Shown: piece after piece, positions 51,542-62,791 of the stretch | Numbering within the stretch: position 1 is the first letter of the stretch | Layout: each line of letters begins with the position of its first letter | The notes under the pieces: generated by a model | What the model was told of the DNA's origin: nothing | The model's database searches: none | Seen by the model: the letters and a program-made list of their open reading frames with translations, nothing else | Program-made: the position numbers and the translations under genes | Source: Mobula hypostoma | Taxonomy: Eukaryota | Direction: 5' to 3' | DNA length: 64,000 bases | Assembly: GCF_963921235.1 (NCBI RefSeq) | Contig: NC_086097.1 | Coordinates: 73,844,001 to 73,908,000 of the forward strand

Positions 51542-52514
51542 AACTGAAGGAAGAGTGAGTAAGGGATTTGAAAGTTGGAGGGGGAGGGGAAGATCCAAAA
51601 TGATAGGAGAAGACAGGAGGGGGAGGGATGGAGCCAAGAGCTGGACAGGTGATAGGCAAAAGGGATACGAGAGGATCATGGGACAGGAGGTCCGGGAAGA
51701 GAGACAAGGGGGGCAGGGGGACCCAGAGGATGGGCAAGAGGTATATTCAGAGGGACAGAGGGAGAAAAAGGAGAGTGAGAGAAAGAACGTGTGTATAAAA
51801 ATAAGTAGATGGGGTACGAGGGGCAGGTGGGGCATCAGCGGGAGTTAGAGAAGTCGATGTTCATGCCATCAGGTTGGAGGCTACCCAGATGGAATATAAG
51901 GTGTTGTTCCTCCAACCTGAGTGTGGTTTCATCTTTACAGTAGAGGAGGCCGTGGATAGACATGTCAGAATGAGAATGGGATGAGGAATTAAAATGACCG
52001 CTTTGCTGAATATCTACGCTCTGTCCGCCAAAGAAAGCAGGATCTCCCAGTGGCCACACATTTTAATTCCACGTCCCATTCCTATTCTGATATGTCTATC
52101 CACGGCCTCCTCTACTGTCAAGAAGAAGCCACACTCAGGTTGGAGGAACAACACCTTATATTCCATCTGGGTAGCCTCCAACCTGATGGCATGAACATTG
52201 ACTTCTCTAACTCCCGCTGATGCCCCACCTGCCCCTCGTACCCCATCTGTTACTTATTTTTATACACACGTTCTTTCTCTCACTCTCCTTTTTCTCCCTC
52301 TGTCCCTCTGAATATACCCCTTGCCCATCCTCTGGGTTCCCCCCCACCTTGTCTTTCTTCCCAGACCTCCTGTCCCATGATCCTCTCGTATCCCTTTTGC
52401 CTATCACCTGTCCAGCTCTTGGCTCCATCCCTCCCCCTCCTGTCTTCTCCTATCATTTTGGATCTCCCCCTCCCCCTCCAACTTTCAAATCCCTTACTCA
52501 CTCTTCCTTCAGTT

Positions 52515-52550
52515 AGTCCTGACGAAGGGTCTCGGCCTGAAACGTCGACT
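52515..52550 (+). ncRNA. Minimal type I hammerhead ribozyme, intact core
   Basis: AGTC-CTGACGA-AGGGTCTCGGCCT-GAAA-CGTC-GACT. Confidence 0.75.
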
Positions 52551-53507
52551 GCACCTCTTCCTAGAGATGCTGCCTGGCCTGCTGCGTTCACCAGCAACTT
52601 TTATGTGTGTTGCTTGAATTTCCAGCATCTGCAGAATTCCTGTTGTTTACGTTTAACTTCACCTCTGAGTCTGTTGGGGCCATATACTGTGTTCGGTGCT
52701 CCCGGTGTGGCCTCCTGTTTATTGGTGAGACCCAACTTAGATTGGGAAACCACTTCTCTGAACACCTACGCTCTGTTCGCCAGAAAAAGCATAATCTCCC
52801 AGTGGCCAGCCATTTTAATTCCACTTCCCATTCCCATTTAGATATGTCTATGCATGGCCTCTTCTACAGTTGCAATGAAGCCACACTCAGGATGGAGGAA
52901 AAACACTTTATTTTCTGTGTGGGTAACCTCCAACCTGATGGCATGAACATCGATTTTTCGAACTTCCGATAATGGCCCTCCCCCTTCACCATACCCCATC
53001 TCCTTTTCCCTCTCTTAACTTATCTTCTTGTCTGCCCATCGCCTCCCTCTGGTTCTCCTCCCCCTTTGCTTTCTTCCATGACATTCTGTCCTCTTCTCCT
53101 GCGCTCCCTGTATCTCTTTCACCAATCAACTTCACAGCTCTTTACTTCACCCCTCACCTTGTGATTCTCTTTCCCCTGCCCCACCTTTTAACTCTGCTCC
53201 TCATCATTTTTTCTGCAGCCCTGCTGAAGGGTCTCAGCCTGAAATGTCAGCCGTACACTTTAACATAGATGCTGCCAGGCCTGCCAAGCTCCTCCAGCAT
53301 TCTGTGTGTGTGACTTGGATTTCAAGTATCTGCAGGTCTTCTCTTCTTTGTAAACAAATCCATTAGTTGTTTCTGGTTTTTAGGCAAGTGAACCCAGATT
53401 CTTATGGGCAAACACAAGGAATTCTGCAGGTGCTGGAAATTCAAGCAACACACACAAAAAATGCTGGTGAACGCAGCAGGCCAGGCAGCATCTATAGGAG
53501 GAGATAC

Positions 53508-53543
53508 AGTCGACGTTTCGGGCTGAGACCCTTCGTCAGGACT
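53508..53543 (-). ncRNA. Minimal type I hammerhead ribozyme, intact core
   Basis: Minus strand AGTC-CTGACGA-A-GGGTCTCAGCCC-GAAA-CGTC-GACT; stem II GGG/CCC. Confidence 0.8.
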
Positions 53544-55080
53544 AACTGAAAGAAGAGATAGTAAGAGATTTGAAAGTGGGAGGGGGAGGGGGAGATCCAA
53601 AATGATAGGAGAAGACAGGAGGGGGAGGGATGGAGCTAAGAGCTGGAAAGTTGATTGGCAAACGGGATACGAGGCTGGAGAAGGGAGGGGAACATGGGAC
53701 GGGAGGCCTAGGGAGAAAGAAAGGGGGAGGGGAGCTCAGAGGTTGGGCAAGGAGTTATAGCGAGAGGGACAGAGGGAGAAAAAAAGTGAGGAAAAAATGG
53801 GGGGGGGGGAATAATAAATAAATAAATAAGGGATGGGGTACGAAGGGGAGGTGGGGCATTAACGGAAGTTAGAGAAGTCAATGTTCATGCCATCAGGTTG
53901 GAGGCTACCCAGACGGGATATAAGGTGTTGTTCCTCCAACCTGAGTGTGGCTTCATCTTTACAGTAGAGGAGGCTGTGGATAGACATGTCAGAATGGGAA
54001 TGGGACATGGAAATAAAATGTGTGGCCACTGGGAGATCCCGCTTTCTCTGGAGGACAGAGCGTAGGTGTTCAGCAAAGCGGTCTCCTAGCCTGCGTTGGG
54101 TCTCGCCAATATATAGAAGGCTGCACCGGGAGCACCGAACGCAGTATATCACCCCAGCCGACTCACAGGTGAAGTGTCGCCTCACCTGGAAGGACTGTTT
54201 GGGGCCCTGAATGGTGGTAAGGGAGGAAGTGTAAGGGCATGTGTAGCACTTGTTCCGCTTACAAGGATAAGTGCCAGGAGGGAGATCAGTGGGGAGGGGG
54301 GGGGGGGGGATGGACAAGGGAGCTGCATAGGGAGCAATCCCTGTGGAAAGCAGAAAGAGCGGGGAGGAAAAGATGTGCTTCGTGGTGGAATCCTGTTGGA
54401 GGTGGCGGAAGTTACGGAGAATTGTATGTCCTTCCAGGTGAGGCAACACTTCACCTGTGAGTTGGCTGGAGTGATATACTGCGTCCGGTGCTCCCAGTGC
54501 GGCCTTCTATATATTGGCGAGACCCGATGCAGGCTGGGAGACCGTTTCGCTGAACACCTACCCTCTGTCTGCCAAAGAAAGCAGGATCTCCCAGTGGCCA
54601 CACATTTTAATTCCACGTCCCATTCCTATTCTGATATGTCTATCCACGGCCTCCTCTACTGTCAAGAAGAAGCCACACTCAGGTTGGAGGAACAACACCG
54701 TATATTCTGTCTGGGTAGCCTCCAACCTGATGGCACGAACACTGACTTCTCTAACTTGCATTAATGCCCCACCTCCCCTTTGTAACCCATCCCATATTTA
54801 TTTATTTATTTATTTATTTATTATTTTTCCTTCCCGTTTTTTTCTCTCTCTTTTTCTCCCTCTGTCCCTCTCACTATAACTCATTGTCCATCCTCTGGGC
54901 TTCCCTCCCCCTTTCTTTCTCCCTAGGCCTCCCATCCCATGATCCTCTCCCTTCTCCAGCCCCGTATCCCTTTTGTCAATCAACTTTCCAGCTCTTAGCT
55001 CCATCCCTCCCCCTCCTGTCTTCTCCTATCATTTTGGATCTCCCCCTCCCACTTTCAAATCTCTATCTCTTCTTTCAATT

Positions 55081-55116
55081 AGTCCTGACGAAGGGTCACA
55101 TCCCGAAACGTCGACT
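55081..55116 (+). ncRNA. Minimal type I hammerhead ribozyme, intact core
   Basis: AGTC-CTGACGA-A-GGGTCACATCCC-GAAA-CGTC-GACT; variation is confined to the stem II loop. Confidence 0.78.
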
Positions 55117-57021
55117 GTACCTCTTCCTATAGATGCTACCTGGCCTGTGGCGTTCACCAGCATTTTTTGTGTGTGTTTCTTATGGGCAAGTCTTCTTTGC
55201 TCCCCACAAAAATGATGGAGAATTGGATTGCAACATCAATTTTTGTCTGCTTCATAAATGTGAGCTACATAGTCAACTGCTCCCAACTGAATAAATCTGT
55301 GGAAAAATATGCCCAACATTGCTTTTGTTAATGCTATGAACCCCATACAAATAATAATTTTAATAAATAAATTTATATGTCACCATACAGAAGTTTGATA
55401 GACTGCTCAGTGGTGTCTGGCATAATTTGCCACAAGATTATCTATTGAATCATGTCAGTTGGAAAGGATCAGATAGTCAGTTTAAAACAGCAACATTAGT
55501 AAGAAGATTAACAACATTTTAGACAAGTACGTACAGGCATGTATTCTAATGAGTTTCATTTCTGAAGATATTGGCCAAGAATTTCCGAGCTGTATGAGCA
55601 GCTTGTCTTTGTCAATCCCCTACCCATTCGATCTACACTTAGCTGAAGTAGATATCCTGGTGGCAGCTCCACAATTGGAGCCCCCTGTACAACAATAGAC
55701 CTTCAGGCCAGGAATAATATCACATAATGGGGTTTGAACAAGCAATGTTAGAATGGCTCTCAAGCCTAATCAGCTGTTCCAGCTGTTAATCCACACATGC
55801 TTAAGAGAGTGTCTGCTATTCAAAAATATTCAAAATTCATCACACTGTTTAAAAAATAATTTAACACCACTTAATAATAAATATATGCAATTTAGCTCAA
55901 TTAATGCAAATATGTAAATACACTGAACCCTCACAGATGTCCTTCTCCAGTGAAACGAAGAGAGTCACTGAACCTGTCCCGGGACCAAACTGACACTGGT
56001 TCAATGGGCAGATGTTCCAAAACAGGAGGCTGATACTCCCTGAAGAGTCAAACATTCTGTCAAAGTTAAGCTGTTTAAGACTTCAATGATTGTAAATTAT
56101 TTTACAAACATCTCAACCTCTTTATGGCTAATGTCATAAGAGATCAGGAGATCCATGAAGAACTGCTGGCGCACTACACAAAGTTCTGTGCTTATATACT
56201 TCACAGATCGAGCACTGGCATATTATTTTTCATGTTATACAGTGTTACAGTGCGTCCAATCAATAAATGCTCTGTTTCATAAGTAAGCCCAATGGCTTTA
56301 ATCAAGGTTATGGAAGCACATTGCATACGAATTCCAGTTTAGTACAAGGCACTGTAATAGTGGAATTAGCCAGTTAGGAGGATCACATAGATTTTAAAAC
56401 ACAACAGTAAAGATAAAGAAAATCACAAATGAAATTTTTTTAGAATGATTAATTATGATCTGAAGCTTCAAAGGTAAGCAAGCACAGTAAATATGAAACC
56501 AAAAAATCAAAATAATTCAGGGGCAATTTTGATGCCTTTGAAATGCAATAACAATATTCTTGCATGTACAGTATTGCTTTAATTGAAAGAAAAACAGCGA
56601 CAGCAGTCACTGCTTTTACATTTTGACACATCATGTGATAAGCAATCTCCTAATGCCAAGGATCTAATTTCATCCCTGCTGTGGTTAATGATCCCTTGGT
56701 GGGAAACTCAATGGCACTGGGAAAAAAAAGGGCAGCTTGTCCCATTTGATCTGGTAGAAACCACAGTGGAAATTAACGCTCATCACTATGATTATAGTGT
56801 GACAAGTCTGCACGAAATGCTGGGCTCAGTGCTAATTCAATCATTGCTGGAGTACGCCACTAGAACGTTCAACTACAGCTGTGAAAAAGGTGGTGTTGTG
56901 TGGCTGCAAATGGTGCTAGATGTCATTCCAGAACTCAGAAAATTCTGCCGCAGGAGAAAACCATGTGGAGAAGCAGAGTGATCTACTTACAGCGAAACAG
57001 AAAGCCATCAACATTGTGCTC

Positions 57022-57072
57022 AACGACAGGAATTCTGCAGATGCTGGAAATTCAAGCAACACACATCTAAAG
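57022..57072 (-). mobile_element. 51-bp PLE terminal-tail-only insertion
   Basis: aacgacaggaattctgcagatgctggaaattcaagcaacacacat is the reverse complement of the PLE 3' tail; TSD ttgtgctc at 57014-57021 and 57073-57080. Confidence 0.8.
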
Positions 57073-57989
57073 TTGTGCTCTGTGTGTTTGAATCCACATG
57101 CATGGGATGCTGCAGCAAGCAAATCTTTCATTGTACCCATACCATACAAAACTTGTGCATCTGATAAAAAGAATTCACTTGACTTGAAATGCCCATTGTT
57201 AAGAGGTTTTTGGGAAGAAGTTAGCAAAGAAAGATTCTCATCCTAGTAGTGTATCTAGTATAAATTTAATGTTGGACTTCACACTAGAGCAGGAATTTAC
57301 TGCAATTTGGCAGCTCTCAGCAATATTGCGGCCATAATCTTGCCAGTTCTTTAAGGCTTCTTTGTACCTGCTCTGGGCATGATTTATTCTGACTCATCTA
57401 CATGTCAGAATTACACGGTATAATAGCCTGCTGGCACTCAGGCACTCACCATATAGGGCTGAGAGACTTTGGGCAGAAAATCAATTAATGGCATGAGACC
57501 GGCAGCAAGTTCTAGTTACAGTTTTGTGCAATAACTGCACCATCGATGGCAAAAGATAAAATGAGATGGCATCAGGGAGAATCTTAAGGGTAATAACAAT
57601 CCAATTAACTCGGTGGCAGCTATTATGCCCTCTCCTTTTCTCTAAAATAGTTTCTTCTCTATGCTTCTACTGGTGGTCTCCTTTAGATGATGGCTGACCC
57701 ATATTAGAATAATGTTATGCAGGATGACACATGTCACTACAGTTCTGGAGGACTGGAATATGGGGTTTCTCTAATAATTTTTAATAACTTCCAAGAAAAT
57801 CTTTGAGCCTGGATTCTATGTTGTCTTCATTTAATATCTTAGTCTCATAGGTAAAAAAGACACATGAGGCAATAAGTGATTGCTTCTGTCCTGACCACAT
57901 TATCCTCAACTTAATGAGAACTTCAGTAAACAAAAGCAAAGGAGGAAGTCCAGCTGCTGTGTTTAGTTAGGTGCATAATATCATGGGTC

Positions 57990-59480
57990 AGACTTTTAGG
58001 CTGCACATTAAATGGTGTCCAACTTGAAATTCTGGCCCATAATCTTTTGTCTGCTTTTTTGAACTGTTGCAGTCCTTTGGTGAAACAGATCCACATTCAG
58101 TTGGATGGACGATTCCAGGATTTGGACCTAGTGATGATGAGGGACCACTGATATATTTCCAAGCCAGAAAAATGTGTGACTTGGAGGGGAACCTGCAGGG
58201 TATGGTATTCCCAAGGAGCTTCTTTCCTTGTCTTTCTTGGTGGTAGTGGCTACAGGCTTGGAAAGTGTTATTCCAAATCTGGGAAAGTACTTGCAGTATA
58301 TTTTGCAGATGAGGTACACTGTAGTCACGGTACGCCATTGGTGGGCCAGTTTAGGCTGGCTGCTGGGATTCCAATAAACGTAGCTGATTTGTCCCAGATG
58401 GTGTTGAAATTCCTGAGATCTGTTGGAGCTGTACACTTCCAAGCATGTGGGGAGTGTCCTATCATAGTCACAATCTATTTTTTTGGTGGTAGTAAGTGAG
58501 TCACTGTAGGATAACCAGCTTCTGACGTGCAATGACCACTTTAATGCACTAACATGAACTAACATGTTCATAATTTATGTTTAATTTGTTTTTCTTATGA
58601 ATATGATACTGCCTGTGATACTGCTGCAAGAAAGCTTTTCTTTGCATCTGTGCATACATGTATTTGTGCACATGACAATAATCTTGACTTTGACAATATT
58701 TATATGGCTGATCCTGTTAATTTTCTGGTCAGTGGTGACCACCAGAATGATTATGGTGGAAAGCCATGAATGTCAAATGTATGTGGGTGAATTCTGATCT
58801 GAAGGCAACAAATGTTGTTTGGTACTTGTTTGAATGTCCTTCACCATTTATCAGCCCATCCTTGCATGCCATCTCAGTTTTGATGCATACAGTCATCAAC
58901 CAATTCATTTTCTGAGTGATGGGATTTGAATAGAATCATGAGACAATATCCACCATATTTATAAGGGAAGGAAGATCATTGATGAAGTAGCTGAAGATGT
59001 GTGGGCCATGAATATCTACCCTGAGGAATTCATGTATTGAGGTCCTGGGGCTTGGGTGATTGATCTTCAACAACCACAACTATTCAATAACTATCTTCCT
59101 TCCCCTGAGGTGTGATGCCAGGCACTGCAATGCTTCCTTTTGATGCCTATTCACAGTTTTGCCAGGGGTGCCTTGATGCTGCACTTGGCTGCATCTTGCC
59201 CTACTCTCAAGTACACTTTCATTTCCCTCAGCTGTGGAAGGTTTGGACCAAGACTGTATTGGGTTTAAGCTGAATGATTCAGGCAAAACCCAAACTGAAC
59301 ATCACTGTGCAGTTTACTGGGGAGTATGAGCCTTTTGAAAATCCCATTGTTGACATCTTTTATTGCTTTACTCATGATGGAGAGTAGAATGACTGAACAA
59401 TAATTGCTGCTTACGGATGCCCAGTTTTCAACCACTCGATCATTTCTGGATTCATTTTCAGGGAAATTTGTGTCCTGATG
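57990..59480 (-). mobile_element. Ancient CR1/L2-group LINE remnant, with a Rex1-like 3' fragment inserted at about 58540-58695
   Basis: 'SIMSKAIKDVNN..QFGF..NHS' and a 'HQG' region in ORFs 59265-59561 and 59080-59286; tail gcacatgacaataatcttgactttgac. Confidence 0.55.
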
Positions 59481-59567
59481 AATGCATAGAAACATAGAAA
59501 AATAGGTGCAGGAGTAGGTCATTCGACCCTTCGAGTCTGCACGGCCATTCAGTATGATCATGGCTGA

Positions 59568-62561
59568 TCATCCAACTAGGAACCCTGTACCTGCCTTCTC
59601 TCCATACCCCCTGATCCCTTTAGCCACAAGGGCCATATCTAACTCCCTCTTAAATATAGCCAATGAACTGGCCTCAACTGTTTCCTGTGGCACAGAATTC
59701 CACAGATTCACCACTCTCTGTGTGAAGAAGTTTTTCCTCATCTCGGTCCTAAAAGGCTTCCCCTTTATCCTTAAACTGTGACCCCTCATTTTGGACTTCT
59801 CCAACATCGGGAACAATCTTCCCGCATCCAGCCTGTCCAATCCCTTTAGGATTTTATATGTTTCAATAAGATCCCCCCTCAATCTTCTAAATTCCAGTGA
59901 GTATAAGCCTAGTCGATCCAGTCTTTCATCATATGAAAGTCCTGCCATCCCAGGAATCAATCTGGTGAACCTTCTTTGTACTCCCTCTATGGCAAGAATG
60001 TCTTTCCTCAGATTAGGGGACCAAAACTGCACACAATACTCCAGGTGTGGTCTCACCAAGGCCTTGTACAACTGCAGTAGTACCTCCCTGCTCCTGTACT
60101 CAAATCCTCTTGCTATGAATGCCAGCATACCACTCGCCTTTTTCACCGCCTGCTGTACCTGCATGCCCACTTTCAATGACTGGTGTACAATGACACCCAG
60201 GTCTCGTTGCACCTCCCCTTTTCCTAATCGGCCACCATTCAGATAATAATCTGTTTTCCTGTTTTTGCCACCAAAATGGATAACTTCACATTTATCCACA
60301 TTAAATTGCATCTGCCATGAATTTGCCCACTCACCTAACCTATCCAAGTCACCCCGCATCCTCTTAGCATCCTCCTCACAGCTAACACTACCGCCCAGCT
60401 TCGTGTCATCCGCAAACTTGGAGATGCTGCATTTAATTCCCTCGTTTAAGTCATTAATATATATTGTAGACAACTGGGGTCCCAGCACTGAGCCTTGCGG
60501 TACCCCACTAGTCACTGCCTGCCATTCTGAAAAGGTCCCGTTTATTCCCACTCTTTGCTTCCTGTCTGCCAACCAATTCTCTATCCACATCAATACCATA
60601 CCCCCAATACCTTGTGCTTTAAATTTGCACACTAATCTCCTGTGTGGGACCTTGTCAAAAGCCTTTTGAAAATCCAAATATACCACATCCACTGGTTCTC
60701 CCCTATCCACTCTACTAGTTATATCCTCAAAAAATTCTATGAGATTCGTCAGACATGATTTTCCTTTCACAAATCTACGCTGACTTTGTCCGATGATTTC
60801 ACTGCTTTCCAAATGTGCTGTTATCACATCTTTGATAACTGACTCTAGCATTTTCCTCACCACCGATGTTAGGCTAACTGGTCCCTAATTCCCCAGTATC
60901 TCTCTCCCTCCTTTTTTAAAAAGTGGGGTTACATTAGTCACCCTCCAATCCTCAGGAACTAGTTCAGAATCTAACGAGTTTTGAAAAATTATCACTAATG
61001 CATCCACTATTTCTTGGTTTACTTCCTTAAGCACTCTGGGATGCAGACCATCTGGCCCTGGGGATTTATCTGCCTTTAATCCCTTCAATTTACCTAACAC
61101 CACTTCCCTACTAACATGTATTTCCCTCAGTTCCCCTATCTCACTAGACCCTCGGTCCCCTACTATTTCCAGAAGATTATTTATGTCCTCCTTAGTGAAG
61201 ACAGAACCAAAGTAGTTATTCAGTTGGTCTGCCATGTCCTTGTTCCCCATGATCAATTCACCTGTTTCTGACTGTAATGGACCTTCATTTGTCTTAACCA
61301 ATCTTTTAATTTTCACATATCTATAAAAGCTTTTACAGTCAGTTTTTATGTTCCCTGCCAGTTTTCTCTCATAATCTTTTTTCCCTTTCCTAATTAAACT
61401 CTTTGTCCTCCTCTGCTGGACTCTGAATTTCTCCCAGTCCTCAGGTGTGCCACTTTTTCTGGCTAATTTGTATGTTTCTTCTTTGGAATTGATACTATCC
61501 CTAATTTCCTTTGTCAGCCATGGGTGCACTACCTTCCCTTGTTTATTCTTTTGCCAAACTGGGATGAACAATTGTTGTAGTTCATCCATGCGATCTTTAA
61601 ATGCTTGCCATTGTATATCCACCGTCAACTCTTTAAGTATCATTTACCAGTCTATCTTAGCTAATTCACGTCTCATACCTTCAAAGTTACCCTTCTTTAA
61701 GTTCAGAACCTTTGTTTCTGAATTAACTATGTCACTCTCCATCTTAATGAAGAATTCCACCATATTATGGTCACTCTTACCCAAGGGGCCTCTCACGACA
61801 AGATTGCTAATTAACCCTTCCTCATTGCTCAATACCCAGTCTAGAATGGCCTGCTCTCTAGTTGGTTCCTCGACATGTTGGTTCAGAAAACCATCCCGCA
61901 TACATTCCAAGAAATCCTCTTCCTCAGCACCCTTACCAATTTGGTTCACTCAATCTATATGTAGATTGAAGTCACCCGTTATAACTGCTGTTCCTTTATT
62001 GCACACATTTCTAATTTCCTGTTTAATGCCATCCCCAACCTCACTACTACTGTTAAGTGGCCTGTACACAACTCCCACCAGCGTTTTCTGCCCCTTAGTG
62101 TTATGCAGCTCTACCCATATCGATTTCACATCCTCCCAGCTAATGTCCTTCCTTTCTATTGCGTTAATCTCCTCTCTAACCAGCAATGCTACCCCACCTC
62201 CTTTTCTTTCATGTCTATCCCTCCTGAATATTGTATATCCCTGAATGTTGAGCTCCCACCCTTGGTCACCCTGGAGCCATGTCTCTGTGATCCCAACTAT
62301 ATCATATTCATTAATAACAATCTGCACTTTTAATTCATCCACCTTATTACGAATGCTCCTTGCATTGACACACAATGCTTTCAGGCTTGCTTTTACAACA
62401 CTCTTAGCCCAAATACAATTATGTTGAAAAGTGGCCCTTTTTGATTTTTGCCCTGGATTTGCTTGCCTGCCACTTTTACTTTTCACCTTACTACTTTTTG
62501 CTTCTACCCTCATTTTACACCTCTCTGTCTCTCTGCACTTGTTCCCATCCCCCTGCCACAT
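59568..62561 (-). pseudogene. CR1 ORF2 (APE endonuclease plus reverse transcriptase), 998 codons in one frame with three premature stops
   Basis: ORFs 61950-62561, 61644-61949, 60885-61643 and 59568-60863 are all in frame; motifs 'NARSIRNK', 'GITETWL', 'GDFN', 'SDHN', '[11 protein letters not shown]', 'PQGSVLGP', 'KFADD'. Confidence 0.95.
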
Positions 62562-62772
62562 TAGTTTAAATCCTCTGGAACATCAGTAGCAAATGCTCCC
62601 CCTAGGACATTGGTTCCAGTCCAGCCCAGGTGCAGACCATCCTGTTTGTACTGGTCCCACCTCCTCCAGAACTGGTTCCAATGCCCCAGAAATTTGAATC
62701 CCTCCCCCTTGCACCATTTTTCAAGCCACATATTCATCTGATATATCCTTCTATTTCTACTCTGACTAGCAC
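62561..62772 (-). pseudogene. CR1 ORF1 C-terminal fragment (SGNH esterase-like)
   Basis: 'NMWLEKWCKGEGFKFLGHW..DQYKQDGLHL..TGT' with the DGLH motif of CR1 ORF1 esterase domains. Confidence 0.85.
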
Positions 62773-62791
62773 AGACAGGGACAGGAACTAT

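Larger units (their letters stand above)
51444..52655. mobile_element. PLE palindromic insertion P1 (inverted arm 51444-51996, tailed direct arm 51997-52655)
   Basis: 51444-51996 is the reverse complement of 52059-52612; 13-bp TSD acttcacctctga at 51431-51443 and 52656-52668. Confidence 0.93.
50875..53350 (+). mobile_element. Older PLE copy (50875-51443 and 52656-53350), host of palindrome P1
   Basis: 'NSHSYLDYTSSHP', and after the insertion 'FTSESVGAIYCVRCSRCGLLFIGETQLRLGNHFSEH..LQPDGMNIDFSNFR'; degenerate hammerhead at about 53217-53255. Confidence 0.9.
53412..55176. mobile_element. PLE palindromic insertion P2 (tailed minus arm 53412-54427, plus arm 54428-55176)
   Basis: Both arms encode the GIY-YIG domain (ORFs 53859-54449 minus and 54174-54764 plus: 'HFTCE.AGVIYCVRCS.C.LLYIGET..RLGDRFAEH'); 13-bp TSD ttcttatgggcaa at 53399-53411 and 55177-55189. 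Confidence 0.93.
59485..62772 (-). mobile_element. Young CR1 LINE, third subfamily: ORF1 C-terminus, complete ORF2 and 3' tail
   Basis: (ATGTTTCT)n tail at 59485 and continuous APE plus RT homology. Confidence 0.97.

Noticed and set aside
51444..55176. Palindromes as DNA transposons (TIR elements/MITEs) or assembly fold-back artefacts
   Set aside because: The arms encode PLE GIY-YIG sequence, are asymmetric and diverged from each other, and each palindrome has its own 13-bp TSD
56583..57246. ORFs of 103-132 aa
   Set aside because: No homology recognised; two of them run through the PLE tail insertion
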